From NCBI GenBank assembly GCA_965285935.1, contig OZ260665.1, positions 65,658,001-65,722,000 on the forward strand: a stretch of 64,000 nt of DNA, read 5' to 3'. Position numbers and translations under genes: made by a program. Numbering within the stretch: the stretch's first letter is position 1; every line of letters begins with the position of its first letter. The notes below the pieces were generated by a model, which was not told where the DNA came from, did no database searches, and was given only the letters and a program-made list of their open reading frames with translations. The DNA comes from Ophelia neglecta. Lineage: Eukaryota. Shown in pieces: positions 1 to 14,342 of the stretch.

Positions 1-76
1 ACGCAGGCGTTCTCTTTAAATGTAGATGACGACCAGATTATTCTACCATGTTCAGGCAGGAGTCATCGGATAAGAC

Positions 77-277
77 TAACTTAAACAGGAACACCACACA
101 GTTAAATATAGAACGTCTTTGTCGTCACTAACCATGCTCGGAGCGAGTTAAGTTCACTTCGGCAAATGACCGAGACAAATAACTAAAACAGGAAAACTAC
201 AGTTAAATGAAGAACGTCTTTGTCGTCATTAACCATGCTCCGAGCGAGATCAGTTCCCTTAGCCATATGACCGAGAC
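77..277. repeat. ~102-bp tandem duplication (2 copies, possible degenerate third copy upstream)
   Basis: TAACT.AAACAGGAA...CAGTTAAAT..AGAACGTCTTTGTCGTCA.TAACCATGCTC.GAGCGAG...TGACCGAGAC at 77 and 180. Confidence 0.85.
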
Positions 278-2239
278 CTTTCCGGAAAAAAACAATAAAC
301 TGTCAGCGAATGTAGGGCTAATTATATCGTGAGTCCTACTGCTAAACATATTTTCACCTCATAGGCATAGAGACAAATGACGTTCAAAAAACGTAACAGG
401 GAAAAATAGACATGCTCGACTGATATATAGGCTACTCTGAACAGTCTTATAATGTTTCTGGCGATTTATCCGGGTCAGCGCCACTTAGTGTACAGCTCAA
501 GTAAAGTTGCCAGAAGCAGAGTGAACCCCACGCTGTGTGGTTTGGCAAGGGAACCTTTGCAATGTATATATTTATTTTCCGAGCAAGAGGACTTTTGCGA
601 AGTAGAAAACGCGTGAAGCAGGAACTAGTCGACAGTGTTCAATGATCAACAGTGCAAAGGAAACGAATCAGTGGTCACCATAGGACAAGATGAAATGTGC
701 TTTTTGAGAGTCTCTGATGGCCTGTGCTCTCTCAAAATTGAGAAAGAAAAGATGATAGTGTCCTAACTATATATATTTATTTAAAGAATGTCTTTACCTT
801 GGGTATCAGTAAATTTGGCTGCCGAGGTTAAAATATATTATGAGTTTATAGCTCCACATGCTAGAGCCATCTAGACAATCGTTGCACCAATCATGACGAT
901 GACAATATAGATTTACTTAGGATTGAAATTCTCAATTTATACAACAGCTATTTGGACAACAATACTTGAGATTCGTTATTGTCATTCGATGAAGACCACT
1001 GCCCAACCATAGCTATAGAATACATAGCTCGTTATGGGCGATATGCTGGCGGCCAAAGAGCTGCAGTGTCTACAGGCATATTTCCTTCGATATAAGCAGC
1101 AGCTGGGTCGTCCGAATCTGGGCGACTACGATAATTACCAAAATCAATCGTTTAAAACTGGTTCATGCTATTCTTATTGCGCTTTATCCGGTAATATATT
1201 CCATGAAAAGAGTGCTTGGTATTTAGATGAATTGCCCGGCTATTATGTTACGGGTTACACACAACAGGCATTCTGTCCGTGCTTTAGTTTATTATAATCA
1301 TTTCTGTTGTTTCATGATTGTTTATCTCTTGAAAGTGAAGGGATGATTCGAATTACAGCAGATTCTTTGTAAAGTCTAGTCTGCATAAGCACGTTAACGA
1401 TTTGAACCCCGAATTATTTAAATAACGTTTTGACCGAACAATCACCGCCATATTCATATTATATTATAAAATACCCAGTTACCCTTTTTTTAAGTGCAGG
1501 AACCGTAAAGCCATAAGACCCTTTTGAATCTATCTAAGTCTATGTTATTATGTGATATGCACTCCACACATAAATAAAGTGACATTGTACTCAAAATTAG
1601 ATTGTATTATGGGATTTATAAGATTATGGAAAAGATTCAATGGTTGAGTTGGATTGTTAAGCGTACTTAGACTTGATGCAAATAGGTAAACTTAAATTTA
1701 TTATATGTAAATAAAGAAAATCGTTCATTAGTGGATAATGGATATATACTCTTCATAGAGCGTTTCTAACAGTGTAGTGTTCCGCTTTTACTCAGAATAA
1801 GTTTTAACACATTTGCTTGTACAGGAAGGAAGATAATTTAGGCGCAAAACAATCGATAGTTTCCGGTTTGCGACAAGCTAAGACTTCATCCCGCTCCTCG
1901 CCCCCGACTCTAAACTTTGTTCATACTGAAATACCTAAATTGAAACTGCAAAGTCCTGTGCGACGGCCATAAGTACATCACCAATACAATAATACGCAGT
2001 TTGAGTGCCGACCGTCGCGTTTTTGTGACGGCCAATTTTAACCATTCGGCGCCTCACTTTTATTTTCATTACGGGCTTTTGGCATGCGCATTCAGTACAG
2101 GCAAAATAGCTTCCTGCATGACAAGGGATGCAGTATTCTTCCGGTAACAGCGTGTTTTTAGGCTTTACGATTGGTCTAAATGAAAAATATGTAAAACATT
2201 GTGCTACAAATATTAGCTGCAATTTTCTACATTAAACTT

Positions 2240-2322
2240 GTACGACGTACGACTACGTACAACTACGTATGACTACGTACGACTACGTATGACGACGTAT
2301 GACGACGTATGACTACGTATGC
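2240..2322. repeat. 10-bp minisatellite (GACTACGTAT/GACGACGTAT)n, ~8 copies
   Basis: Read directly: gactacgtac aactacgtat gactacgtac gactacgtat gacgacgtat gacgacgtat gactacgtat. Confidence 0.92.
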
Positions 2323-3914
2323 TATGCAACTTCTTTATCATTGAAATTGAACATGTTCGTTTTAACGTAGTGCATTTAAACAAAACAACACATTGACTTA
2401 AACTTATTAAAACTCTCTATGTGTAAACAATGAAAATGAAGATAAATTAGAAATTTTTCTCAATCATCTTAGAGATAAATATTAACGAAGGAGTGTGTCC
2501 AATGTGTGCATCTACAAGACAGTATTCGTCACTAGGTACCTTGGCATTTCTTGATATGATTTAAGGTCTTTCCGGCAGCCCTATTTTGCAGATGTACAGA
2601 TTATGAACACTCCCCTCATCAATCCTCTTTCTAACTGGTTGCTGTGTACTTTCGTGGAAACACACACAATTTGATGCTCACGTCACTAAACTGCAATCGT
2701 AAATACAATTTTTTGTTACGATTATTGCTTGGAGACTGGGCGACATATGTCGTGTTTACAACGGCAATGGGGGAAATTAGGGTACTTTATCTGTAAAGGG
2801 ATGGTTTGACTTTCTAGTTTCGTTAGGATTCACAACAAGAAAACATTAAGGTTATGACTAAAGACTTATTGGAATTCAGCTTCCTTTAGTGTCGTCTGTG
2901 TTGGCCAGTAACGAGAGTAGAACATCAAGGGCGGCTGAAGGATCTGGCGCCTCTAGGTCGCTCATAATCTTCAAGCTTAGCAATTCCCTTTGTTTTTAAT
3001 TATGTTTAGTGCCGACAATAAGTACTGGTTTCCCCATGGCTTTCATCGTTCAGTTTTTTATTCTTTATCAGCTTTTGCCTTTTCTATTTATCAAATATTG
3101 ACCTGTATGAAATCAGGGTTAGTTTCGACCAGCCAATCAGTAGTTAAAGAAATCACGTGGCATGTCTATTGCGTGTCATTCATATGAGTTTTGTCAGTTT
3201 ATACTTTCTAATTAAAACCGTCGGATATTTATTATTTGAAGCAAACTTGTGGTGTTTAGCAAGTACTAGAGCTGGCATCATAGACACTCCTAATTTTACC
3301 CAGCTTGGTCCTATTTTTGTCTGTGGCATTTTATCACACTTTTTTGCGTCACCGTGCAATCTGCTGCTTCACTGGTCATTGGCTGTGCTGGCCTCTGGTG
3401 CCTTCTATGAGGTTTTCGTCTAAGAAGTCACTGTTTACACTCTTTTCATTGTTCTTTATTGTAAAATATAATTGGATAGGTCATCGTTAGATTTGCAATG
3501 CGGAAACACTCTGATCTTCTTTCTGCGTTTATTGCATTTTGATGGCAAAATCATAGTCTCGCAAGGATTCACGCCCTCAGTTCCGCACTCAATATCACAA
3601 CCTACCAGATATCGTCTGCCCTCTCAATACTTTACCTAAATTAAAGTGACAAACACTGCTCGTTTGCGGGCAATCTTTATGGAACAATATCCCAAGTATA
3701 AATGCGATGCGTCAGTTCTGTTGTCATATACCACTCACAACACATAAATTGTTGATCCAAAACTAAGATGTTGTAAGTAATTATTGTAACTCAAATGTAA
3801 TTGTAGATAAATCAAATAGTTGAAGCGCAGCGGAACTCAGTCAAGCGCATCAAAAAAGAAGCAAAGAAGCTCTATTTAATGCGTATGTATAAATAAATGA
3901 AGGAAAGAAATTGT

Positions 3915-4413
3915 CCTGCGGAAGGGATATGTACAGTCCATTTGTTTTTTGAATGCAAGACTATCGCTGATTAATTTGTCTTTCGTCCGGGCGTTCCTAA
4001 TATTCGTCACACATGTATCTGCTCTGGGAGGCCAATTACTAAAAAAGCATTATATTGGGATCTATTTTCTTAGATTTGATAATTACTATTTGATTTACCT
4101 ATAGCATTGTTGAGCCGATGCCGATTCAGTACACATGAAGCACGCTTAGAAAACTGCTCTTTTCCTCTGAAACGGACATGAACAGGCAATTTGTTCTTTG
4201 TATACAAGACTATCGATGATAAATTTGCTTTTACTCTGGCAATTCTCTACTTGTATCTGCACTGCAAGGTCAATTATTAAAACACATTATACAGGGGATC
4301 TATTTTCGAAGAACTGATAATTACTATTTGTTTTACCCTCAGGATCGTTAAGCCAATCCAATGCACATTTCCAGCAGAATGAAGCACGCATATAAAACTG
4401 CTCTTTCCCTCTG
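3915..4413. repeat. Old ~245-bp tandem duplication (2 diverged copies)
   Basis: Shared blocks: CAAGACTATCG (3956/4205), GGGATCTATTTTC (4057/4295), TGATAATTACTATTTG, ATGAAGCACGC...AAAACTGCTCTTT.CCTCTG (4135/4379). Confidence 0.8.
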
Positions 4414-5347
4414 TCGATATTCTCGTATATGCCCCCTCTGTCTTCCTCTCTGATGGTCGGTCGGTTACACTGTTTATAATCACAGGATAAATCTTTCTTT
4501 TTGGCATCTTTGGCGACTATGCAGATAGCCTATATGCTGTGTATAGACGAGAATTTTGCTCTGTAAAAGGTTCATCACCTGTGTCCAATAAGTGTCTGAT
4601 GATAGGGAAAGTTCCTCAAGAACATGACCTGATCCTGCTCATTAATGTCACCATAGTATATTTTGATATTCCACCAATAAATCCACAAAACGTATTCATT
4701 AAATAAGAAAAAATGTTTAGAAACGACAATAATCGCCAAATGCATAAAAGAAAAGGAAAGTAGCAAATGCAAACCTTCTTAAATGTGTAGTGGTAAATAA
4801 GCAATAATTTATAAAATCAATACAGAGATCTCTATAACACTATAATGGCAAAGCCTCTGGTTCAAGGGTCGGGTCCTGTGTGTAAGGAAATAATACGAAT
4901 AAACTATGTAATCAGAAAAGAACCACCTGCCAAATATGGGTTCAAACAACTAATAGTTCTTTTAACGTTGTAGGAAAAGGGCCTTATTGTTTAAATTATT
5001 TTTATGATCATGTTTTAACTTGATGAGCTTGAATCCTAGTCCAGAGAAGTCGAAGACATACGTAAAATTGGACCGAGGCATCGGAGAGGATGTTAAATAG
5101 CCAAAACGGAACAGGGTTGATATCAGCAAATATTTATGCAGGTATTCCTTGGCTAAACGGACATCATTATTCACTGTAGGGGGCTAAGTGACTCTCTTAA
5201 ATTGGCAAGAGAGCCAAGATTCCATAAATATTGTGGAAACAAACCACTAACCGAGTTATCATACATTGCTGCCTACAAAATAAAATCCCACAGACAGCAC
5301 GTCATATATGTAGCAAGAGTCCTAAGTGACTCGAGTCATCAACAACT

Positions 5348-5515
5348 ACAACAATGGAGTAAAATGAATCCTTTAGCCCCAAGATATATTTTTCTTTTTA
5401 ATTTTGCAAAATCCGGTGTCGCCATTTGACAACAACAATGGAATAGTATGAATCCTTTAGCCCCAAGATATATTTTCTTTTTAATTTTGCAATATCCGGT
5501 GTCGTCATTTCACAG
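5348..5515. repeat. 84-bp tandem duplication
   Basis: ACAACAATGGA...ATGAATCCTTTAGCCCCAAGATATATTTT...ATCCGGTGTCG.CATTT at 5348 and 5432. Confidence 0.9.
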
Positions 5516-8500
5516 CAGATACGAAGAGTGAATGCATTTGTTTATTGTGTTCAGTTGTGTTTCTAGTTTCTACCCTTTAATCCTACAGTTAGACTGAATA
5601 CATTTCGCAAAAATTACTATATTTGCCTAAATCCTACTTAGGTGCGTTGGGTTCCCATATTTCTAGAAATCACTCTCACCGTTTTGCAGCACTTTCGTCC
5701 AAGCGCCAAGTTAGATGATAAATATGTTCAACGTCTTTTGATGTAAATGTGAAAACACCCAGTTGGATGAAAGGTTATTCATCATAAGTTAGTGGTCTCT
5801 GATGACCAAAATAAAGTTGTGCAAGTGAAGGATTATTTTGTATTAGTTCGACCTGGAGGTCATTGCTTGTTTTATATCACGAGTTGACCAACTAAGGCTG
5901 TAGCCTTTTTGTTTGCAGTGTCCATTCTGCTTTGCACAATACATGGTGCCTACTTTGGAACTTACTGTATTTTGTGATGACAGGCATTTTGTGCAAATTG
6001 ATTACATTTACAGGAATCGGAACTATAATGTTTTGCAAAGACAAGCTTTTAAATTTATTTAACATCCATGAGAAAACCGAATGAAAATCACGTGTTAATG
6101 CGCCAGACATTGTAACAATGTAAATACACATATTACATTCTGTAAAACATAGCCGCAGGAGAAAATTCCAATTATCCTATCACATTTCTCTCCTAGCAAG
6201 AATGTTTTTTGACTTTAAACAAGATTGGATGTGGGTGGACGAGGGTTATAGCCATCGTTCACCTAAGATTGTTTTATATTGGATTGTGTACTCAGTTAAC
6301 GACCCCTGAGTATTTCATGCCGATTAAATGGGTGGCATGTGATAGATGGACATGCTGTTTCTGCCTGGTATCGTTTCCAGCTATGAACAGTCTTTTTACT
6401 AATTTGTCAAGTGCCACTACTTGCGTATCAAAATATTTACTATATGTATGCTTTAATAATGATGTCAATTTAAATGAATTCCCACCAATAATTATTTTGT
6501 TTTTACGTGCCTCGAGCATTAATTAATCAATTCAGCTAGGCTAGAGAGTGACATTTACGGAAACTACTTTTCAAATAGCCTTCCATACCAATTTCCAGGA
6601 TTTTACGGGACTGTCTTGTAATTATATTAGTAGATTCATATTCCTTCTCAAAAACCAAAACAGATAATCTTGCATGTTGCAAACCTACGAAAGTATGTTA
6701 TAAACTTTATCTTCATTTTATGGCTTTGTATAGCTACACGTTACTCCACCTTCCATGAAGGGGTAAACCAAGCCTGCCGACCATATCAATATTGCACTGA
6801 CACTTATTTACCAAATAAACTGAGCTATGGTGTAAAAGAATAATACCCTTTATGTGGTTTATACAAAAAAACTATTCCATAAATATTTCGCTTAGAAATG
6901 CGATATTCTCAAATAATGAATGATATTTGCATACAAGTGTGCTTTCTTACTTATATATATATATATACATATCTGTATGAAAAATCAATCTGGTATAAGT
7001 TTGGTGCAAGCTTTTAACGCGAAACGGTAATTACAATACATTTTCCAGAACCAAGGCACAATTGATATCGGTTGTATGGTTTGAAATGCCACCTAGATCC
7101 TTATTTAGTAGGCATAAGGGTATCGTGCTAACCAATTCAGTTATCCTCCACCCATTGACCTTTGTTTGACCTTGGGATCTTATTTAAAAACTGTCAGTTT
7201 GCACTACATTGGGTAATTGGAAAGTTTGTTCAACTGTTGAGCATTGGTTATTTACTGTAAATACATGTTTCACTCATATTTAATAAGGTTGAGCACAGTC
7301 GAACAATGCGCTATACTACTGTAAGCGGTCATATCAGCAAGTCTGCTAAGTAGATTTTGTCTTACAAACAAAAGTAAAATAGTCACAACATGCAGACATA
7401 TTGAGTGCTCGACCTGGATGCCGTTGGTGGCGATGGTGTGTAAATAAAGCCGAAATCACACAAGAGCAGGACAGCGAGAACACTTGAATAAGTGAATCCG
7501 GATGGAGACTTATTGGTGTGTGAATAAACAACAGAATAACAAATGCATTGATCTCCTTTTTGTGCTCCTGAGGCAAACCTCACCTCATCAAGCGTATCTA
7601 TAGTCACGATGTTATCCTCAAGGATTATTGTATTATTGTACGTCTGCCTTTCGCCACCATTGCGCTAGATGGGTGCCAAAAAAGACACGGAATTCACCAT
7701 CATAAGTCTGGATAATGACTTTACTGATTTGGGGAACTGTACAATTCGGCCTCGAATTTGAAAAGGAAGACTCGACGATGCCCTTGAGATATGCACATGG
7801 ATCCATTAATTGACTTCCCCAGGAAACTATTATTTGTCTTGACATGAAAAATAACGGAAGTCAAAGTATTCAATGGGGAGGCCGCCTGTTAAATAGTCAA
7901 TGAACGCACCGGGCACAGCGGCGAGATGTAAAAGCAATAAAATGCAAATGTTTTTCTTTTATGTCGGTAGGCATATTGCATCCTAATTACCTCAACTTAA
8001 TAGAGCCTACACTTAGATAGGCAAGCACTAAACATTTCATTATTTTGATTGACAGTAAAATATATGTTGACTCCGTAGAGAAAAATGTCAAAATAAATAT
8101 ACTTTAGCAAACAAACGCTACCTTGTTTAGTAACAAGTCCTTATAAGAATATACATCTTAACCAAGAGAAATGCTGGAATGCCGATTCCAAAATAATGAG
8201 GTTAATCTTGATACAAATTATAATTAAGTGCAAGTTTTCTTCTGAACAGTTTTCGTTCTCATGTTTTCGTGTAATCATCTTACATGATACGTTGCAGATG
8301 TATTTCAGTGCCCCAAAGTGTGGCCGTCTGATTTTAAAAACTTACTAATTATTGGCCTTCGTTTTTATCAATCACTTCAATTTGCGCTTATGTTGTTGAT
8401 CCTAACTTCAAACGGTAAACCAATCCTGCTGATGTACATGAAAACCTTTCATTTATAACATACTGTCCTGTGGGTCCCAGAATGCTTAGGCTCTGCTTGT

Positions 8501-11500
8501 TCATAGGTGATCACATCTAAAGGCTCCGGAAGGCAAACTGGTCTTGCCTTTATTAGAAGCTTTTTATTTTAACCAATCTTTCAAACCTCGGTCTCCCCTA
8601 TGTGAAATACTTTATTTGATGTCCCTGAAAGACACTGCCAATCCCTACATTATCTTTCATTTGTCAAAGTTACTCATGTTGAAAATGCAAACATTAAATT
8701 ACCAATAATAGAGACCTGATAAGGTTAATATCGTCTTTGCTGAGTTCTCTTTGCACGTCTAGCATTTTTTTGACATTAAATAAATCTCCTGTCTCTCCTG
8801 CCATCGTTAGATTGTCTTTTCTTGGCTAATATCACTCAAATGTTTACAATATGATTTTATCATATTGAAACTTTAATATGCATGTTTACACGATTCCTTG
8901 TACTTGCGGCAGAAATAATGGCGTCTTGTAAATTAACCTTATTGGAGTAAATTCACATCCTGCTAAATGGATTAAGTCATAAATATTTTATTAACAGAAG
9001 TTGATAAGATTTTGCTAAGACCCGAGTCAGGTAGGCCTAATGTGCAGCAACGTCGACCATCTTATAAAATATGTCTTTGTATTCGCAATCATCTGTTCAT
9101 AAATCAGTAAAAATTAAATATTAACAATTCTCGTTTATTTCTTATTTTCCTGTACACAGTAAAGTAAAATGCCAAATAGGCTAAGCAAATTTCATATAAA
9201 ACACAAACTTTGGCTGTCATATATAGTTCATTCAGACAACACGCTATAGTCATAAACTGTGTGAATATAAACAAATGTCCCGGACACATTTGTCAAGCTC
9301 GTAGTTACCATGCATTGAAGTATATATGTAGACTGACCTTTCCTTCCAAATAGAGTTCCCATCGTGACATCCAAATGAATTGTGAATAGGGAAATCTGAC
9401 AAAAAATGAAGAAAGTACCTTTACCCTACAGCTTGAAACCAAGTATCCAACTTTTGCAAACGCTGGGCTTAAAAACTCTCGCTCTCGCATTAAGTTCACT
9501 TGAACGATTCCAAATGGCCTAAAGACACCTACAATAATCCGATAATATTAAATGAACATTTACCAGAAGGAATTAAGCTTAGGTTGAACAAAGACCTCGA
9601 CCATCGTTATTAGCTATTTGGCCCATAGCTAGCACACTATTCCTCTCCCTACTCTCTTGATATTCGAAGGCAACAGAAATCGCATCCTCATCTGTACTGT
9701 GGAGGCGAAGATCCCTTAGTTGATAGGCGTCACAAAGTGATTTTTCATTTTCATTTTTTGCCTAGTTTAATTCGATTTGTCATAACTTGCCTGGTCATTA
9801 CGACACCACTCTGGTTTCTTTCTTTACAATTATTGCATTTTGATGGACGAATATTAGTCTCCGTGGAATTGACATGCCTAGAGTGGCAACTTAGTTTGCC
9901 AACTAGGCGATTTTTTCTCTTCGCGTGATATTTTATGAACATCAAACTGACAAAATCTCCTGTTTCAAAGACAGCATTATGTAGATTTATATGTCAGTCA
10001 TCTACGATAGAAATGCTTGTTTGGGACACAGTTATACCATTGTGGAATTGAGTTTCACATTTTCTTGTGCCCCTTGTTATTGTCTGGTGGAATTGGATTA
10101 GTGAGCATTTGATTGGTCGCTTCTTCACTACTGGTTATTTTCTTACAATTATTGCTTCCTAATGGAAAATCAAAATAGTCCAAGCATGCACTAGAAAAGC
10201 ACACTGGTGCTCGATGAGAAATGGATTTATTGGACCTGAACCCTGATATAATATAAGGAATGTAACACACTGGTTTAAGGAAAAGGTAAACAGGCTTCTA
10301 AGAGATTGCACAGTTGCTCTATACTGTCTATACAAATGTTTGGAACAATCCCTAACATGTTAATGTTAATACTTGTGTTCTGTCAGTCCTTGATAATTAT
10401 ATCCGTTGTTATATTACAATTAAGTACGCTTTTATCAGAGCATTTTTATTGATTTCCACCATGACCGAAAACGACAATCTGATCGAGTATTGCGTCTTCA
10501 AGCTAAGTTTACAGGCGCCTTTTTGACGTACCGGATGTGCACAGCGCTCTTGTCAAATCCTACCGGAAATCAACATCAATGTGTTTCTAATTAGACAGAT
10601 TTTGGTCAAAAAAATCATTCATGATGTAATGCCCTTATTTTTGAATATATATACTCCCCTATTACATCTCCAATCAATAAATACACACTACCGTGCCTTC
10701 AATGGCTTAATATGGATAATATGGATGCATCATATCAAAAGTGAAGAAGGCAATTTATCGTGCTACTGTCGCTGCCAGGCGGAAGTGGCACAGGTATACC
10801 TCAGAGCTGCCTGTGTGCTAGGTCAATGTAACAAATTAGTTAAGACACCTGAGCCATAAACTAAGTCAATTGATGCCGCTGACTTAAAAGAACCCAACGG
10901 GTCCTAATATAGATAATATGTATTGCTGGGTTGATTCTGTGTTCCTTCTAGAGTGTACAAGAGTGCAACAGAGGGTCAGAAGATTCTATCGTTGTTTTCA
11001 TGTCTACAACTCCCATGTGCAAAACTGATATTTTGTGACAAAAGCTCATACTAGGCATATGTTGAAAAAATGTCAAAAAATATTAAAAGTTTTAATGACC
11101 TTGTTGTGTTTAACAAAGACAGCGATTCAATGTTCATTTACAGCTGTGTTATATTTAATTTCGATTCGAACGTGTATAAATTAACGTAATTAGACCTAAC
11201 TTAGATATTGTAGGTAGGTAAGATCTAGCATTAATTATTACTCATGGGTGAGGTCCTCTTGCGGCGTTTAATGTGTATTTCATATTTGATTTGTACTGTT
11301 TGTAAACATGCGGTGGGGCCATGCTCGTCCAGTTGATAAGAAATGCATTTCTTTGGCAAACAGACTGATTACTTACTTAAATGCTTACAATTGTTCATTA
11401 TATTCGTTATTTCAAATCTGTGTTCGCAAATAACTGCACAAATGCAATATGGATTCAGTTGTTAATTGTACATTCAAACATACAAAACGTCCTATGGCAC

Positions 11501-13554
11501 ACAATAGCCTTTTTAAATAAAATAATATAACGATTTTTAGAATCTTTTGGAATTGGAGTAATTTAGATCTGAACTAATTGGCGGAGAATTTGCGCATTTG
11601 AATAAGAATAATTTCGTATACAATTCTGATTCGAAAATAAATGCCACACTGGAGCACAGATAGTGTATTTAATTGTCTGTGATGGGAGGCGGAGCATGAC
11701 CACGACATCCTGTACTTGATAGATATAGGAGAGTAAAACAAAAAGAAAAGGCAGTACCTGTAAATTAACATTAATAACGTGCATTGTTAAGTATGAGCAG
11801 TCCCGCGTAGCTTGGTTCCAAACAAGTTCATACCTACAGCTGAACGTATTTTCATGCCGGTTTAAGAAAAAGGGAAACCTGAATGCATCCCAGTCCCCGG
11901 TTGAAAATTCTTTGTTATGGTCAATTTGAAGCTGAAGTGCTGAACAATATTTGTAACCCTATTTCATCGCCGCCAGAACTGGATGCATGGATATTTAATT
12001 TTAAAACAGCTCAGGATGAATCGTCGAAAGATGCATCAAATAATAATACATGAATTCAACGACAAAAGGTTTTTGTTGGCTTAATATTCTAAACGATCAA
12101 GTGGCAAGGACCTTAACTAATTAGCTGATTGTCGGTTGCTCAGGGAGCGCCACGATGACTAAGGACAATACCAACTCCAAGTCAATGGCAGCCAATCTCA
12201 CACAGACACATTCTATTATGCGTGTAATTAATCTACCATCACAAAAAAATATTTCCCTTTGCCGTATTCAATGACTTTTTTTCCGAATATAATAATTTTA
12301 CCATATTTACAATTTTTAGGCGAAAAAAGCCCACGAATTGCATAAGGTGAAATGAAAGTACCTTCGTTGTGATGAATTCCGAAAACATAAATCATTCCTA
12401 CTTTGATTAAACATTTGTTCGATGATCAATCGAATTTTGAATTAGAATTCGTTAAGGGAGTAGGTTGTCAGCTGTTCATAGTGCCGTCTCCTGTACACTG
12501 GTAATTAATCAGAGCAGCTGGCGTTATAACCATTTCATCCTCATGAATAAAGAAAAAAATTAATAGACCAAACTTCACCGTGCTGCAGTTCGTTGTTTGA
12601 CAAAAGACAGTGTGACATAGAGCCTAAATAGAAAATGTATTATCTTAAAAAAAAGGGTTGACTATACATTAGTCATTTCGGTTTAAGCTTTCAGGGAATT
12701 TAGATTAAACCCCGAAGTGTCGTTAAAGATAGGATAGTTGCTACGTTCAATCAGGACCATATTTTTGTCGTAGAAACAGTTTGATTACTAGGAAGGAAAC
12801 CGATTGGTCATTCGATTGCATACCTCTAACATTGAGACGAATAGCTGCTTGTCTGAGCAATCAGCTCCCACGCCTAGGGGTAGGTAAACATGTCCTTAAC
12901 TCGGAGTCGCCAATTGAAGATGTTCTCCAAAGCATCGTGACTCTGTTCTTGACCTAATTGTACTTCGATGACATCATGACACTGCAGTCCTTTGTCATAT
13001 ACTGTCATGCACAAACATGTGCTTCTCACACACACGTTACATGAACGAATTGAATATGAAATTGAATTGCCGAAAACAAAATGCTCGCAACCATTTTGGC
13101 ATTAAAAATCTCTAATACAGAGCATCACTCCATTCATGCCGAGAGAGTAACTGTGACAAAGTTGGCTAAAGGACACTAAACGTTTAGCTATAAGTGCGAT
13201 TTATCAAATCTGATTAATTCTGATAAGTGGTGCCAAAAGTCACAGGAAGTTATTATATACTGCATCGGTCATGCGTACTCACTAAAGTAGCTACTTCGGT
13301 TTCGTTAGGTTTTAGCTCCAATGAAATGTGTGTCACGCACACCCAGTTTTTAGCACTCGATGCTCTACGACATTTAACAGTGTTAGTTGTCTGATATCAG
13401 ACGCCAACTTCAAGACCCGCTGATTTAGGTTAAACCAGTAAGACAGCACTTTTCACCAGCTCAACTAATAATGAATCAAGTGTATAAAGAACAGGTGCAT
13501 TTAAATTTTAGGCGGGGAGGGGTTATATATAATATAGAAAGCTATTCATCGACT

Positions 13555-14342
13555 TTGCGATTTCCGGAAGAAACAATTCCTGGGTCAATTGCTGCATGGG
13601 AAGACTCTTCTTTGAGGAAGACATCTGGATGAAGCATTTCTGAAGAATTCGCTTCATGTGCCTAGGATCTGATTTCTGATGCAACGATGCAATTTGGCCA
13701 GTCGGAGATTCTTAACCTGAAGGGGACAGCACTGAACATGACAGTACATATCATTAGCAGGGCTAGACTAGTGAAATTGTAGCGGAGGCTTGCTCATTAT
13801 AATCCATGTAGACATCGGACCAAACTGAAAATTACATATTTAGAAAGTTTTTTTCTGCATTAACTGTCCTTTTTTGCTTTGTTTCGGTCTCTTCAATAAG
13901 CAGAAAAAATATGTGGTTGAATAAATTGCTTCTGTAAAATTCCAAGACACAGTTGGCACTACCGACCTTTTAATGACCAATGATCCGAAATCAAGCCTTA
14001 AGGTTAGACATGTGGCTGCTGTTTATCCAAATGCAATATAACAGACCGGACTTATTCCGAAAAGTTTGGTTTCCCGGAACTCGAAAGCGATCCCTGAGGG
14101 TAATGATACCTGAAGCCAAGGAAATGTTTCTAGGAGGAAGACATACCTGTAGAAATCACTCCCGGAAGAAGTGATTCCTTGAACTAAGAATCAATTCCAG
14201 AAGAAAGAGATCACTGAAAGAAAAGATCTCATGGAAGCAGAAGCGCTTTCTGGATCGAAGTACAGAATCGTGGAGCGAGGAAGCAATTCTGGCAAGAAGT
14301 GATTTCTGAACTTCAGACGGAAGCGATTGCCTTGAAGGGTCA
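13555..14342 (+). repeat. Two blocks (about 13555-13725 and 14080-14342) of a highly decayed ~15-bp purine-rich repeat (about CCNGAAGAAGYGATT)
   Basis: Recurrent units: ccggaagaaacaattcct, gaggaagacatacct, ccggaagaagtgattcct, gaatcaattccagaagaa, gaggaagcaattct, caagaagtgatttctgaa. Confidence 0.5.
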
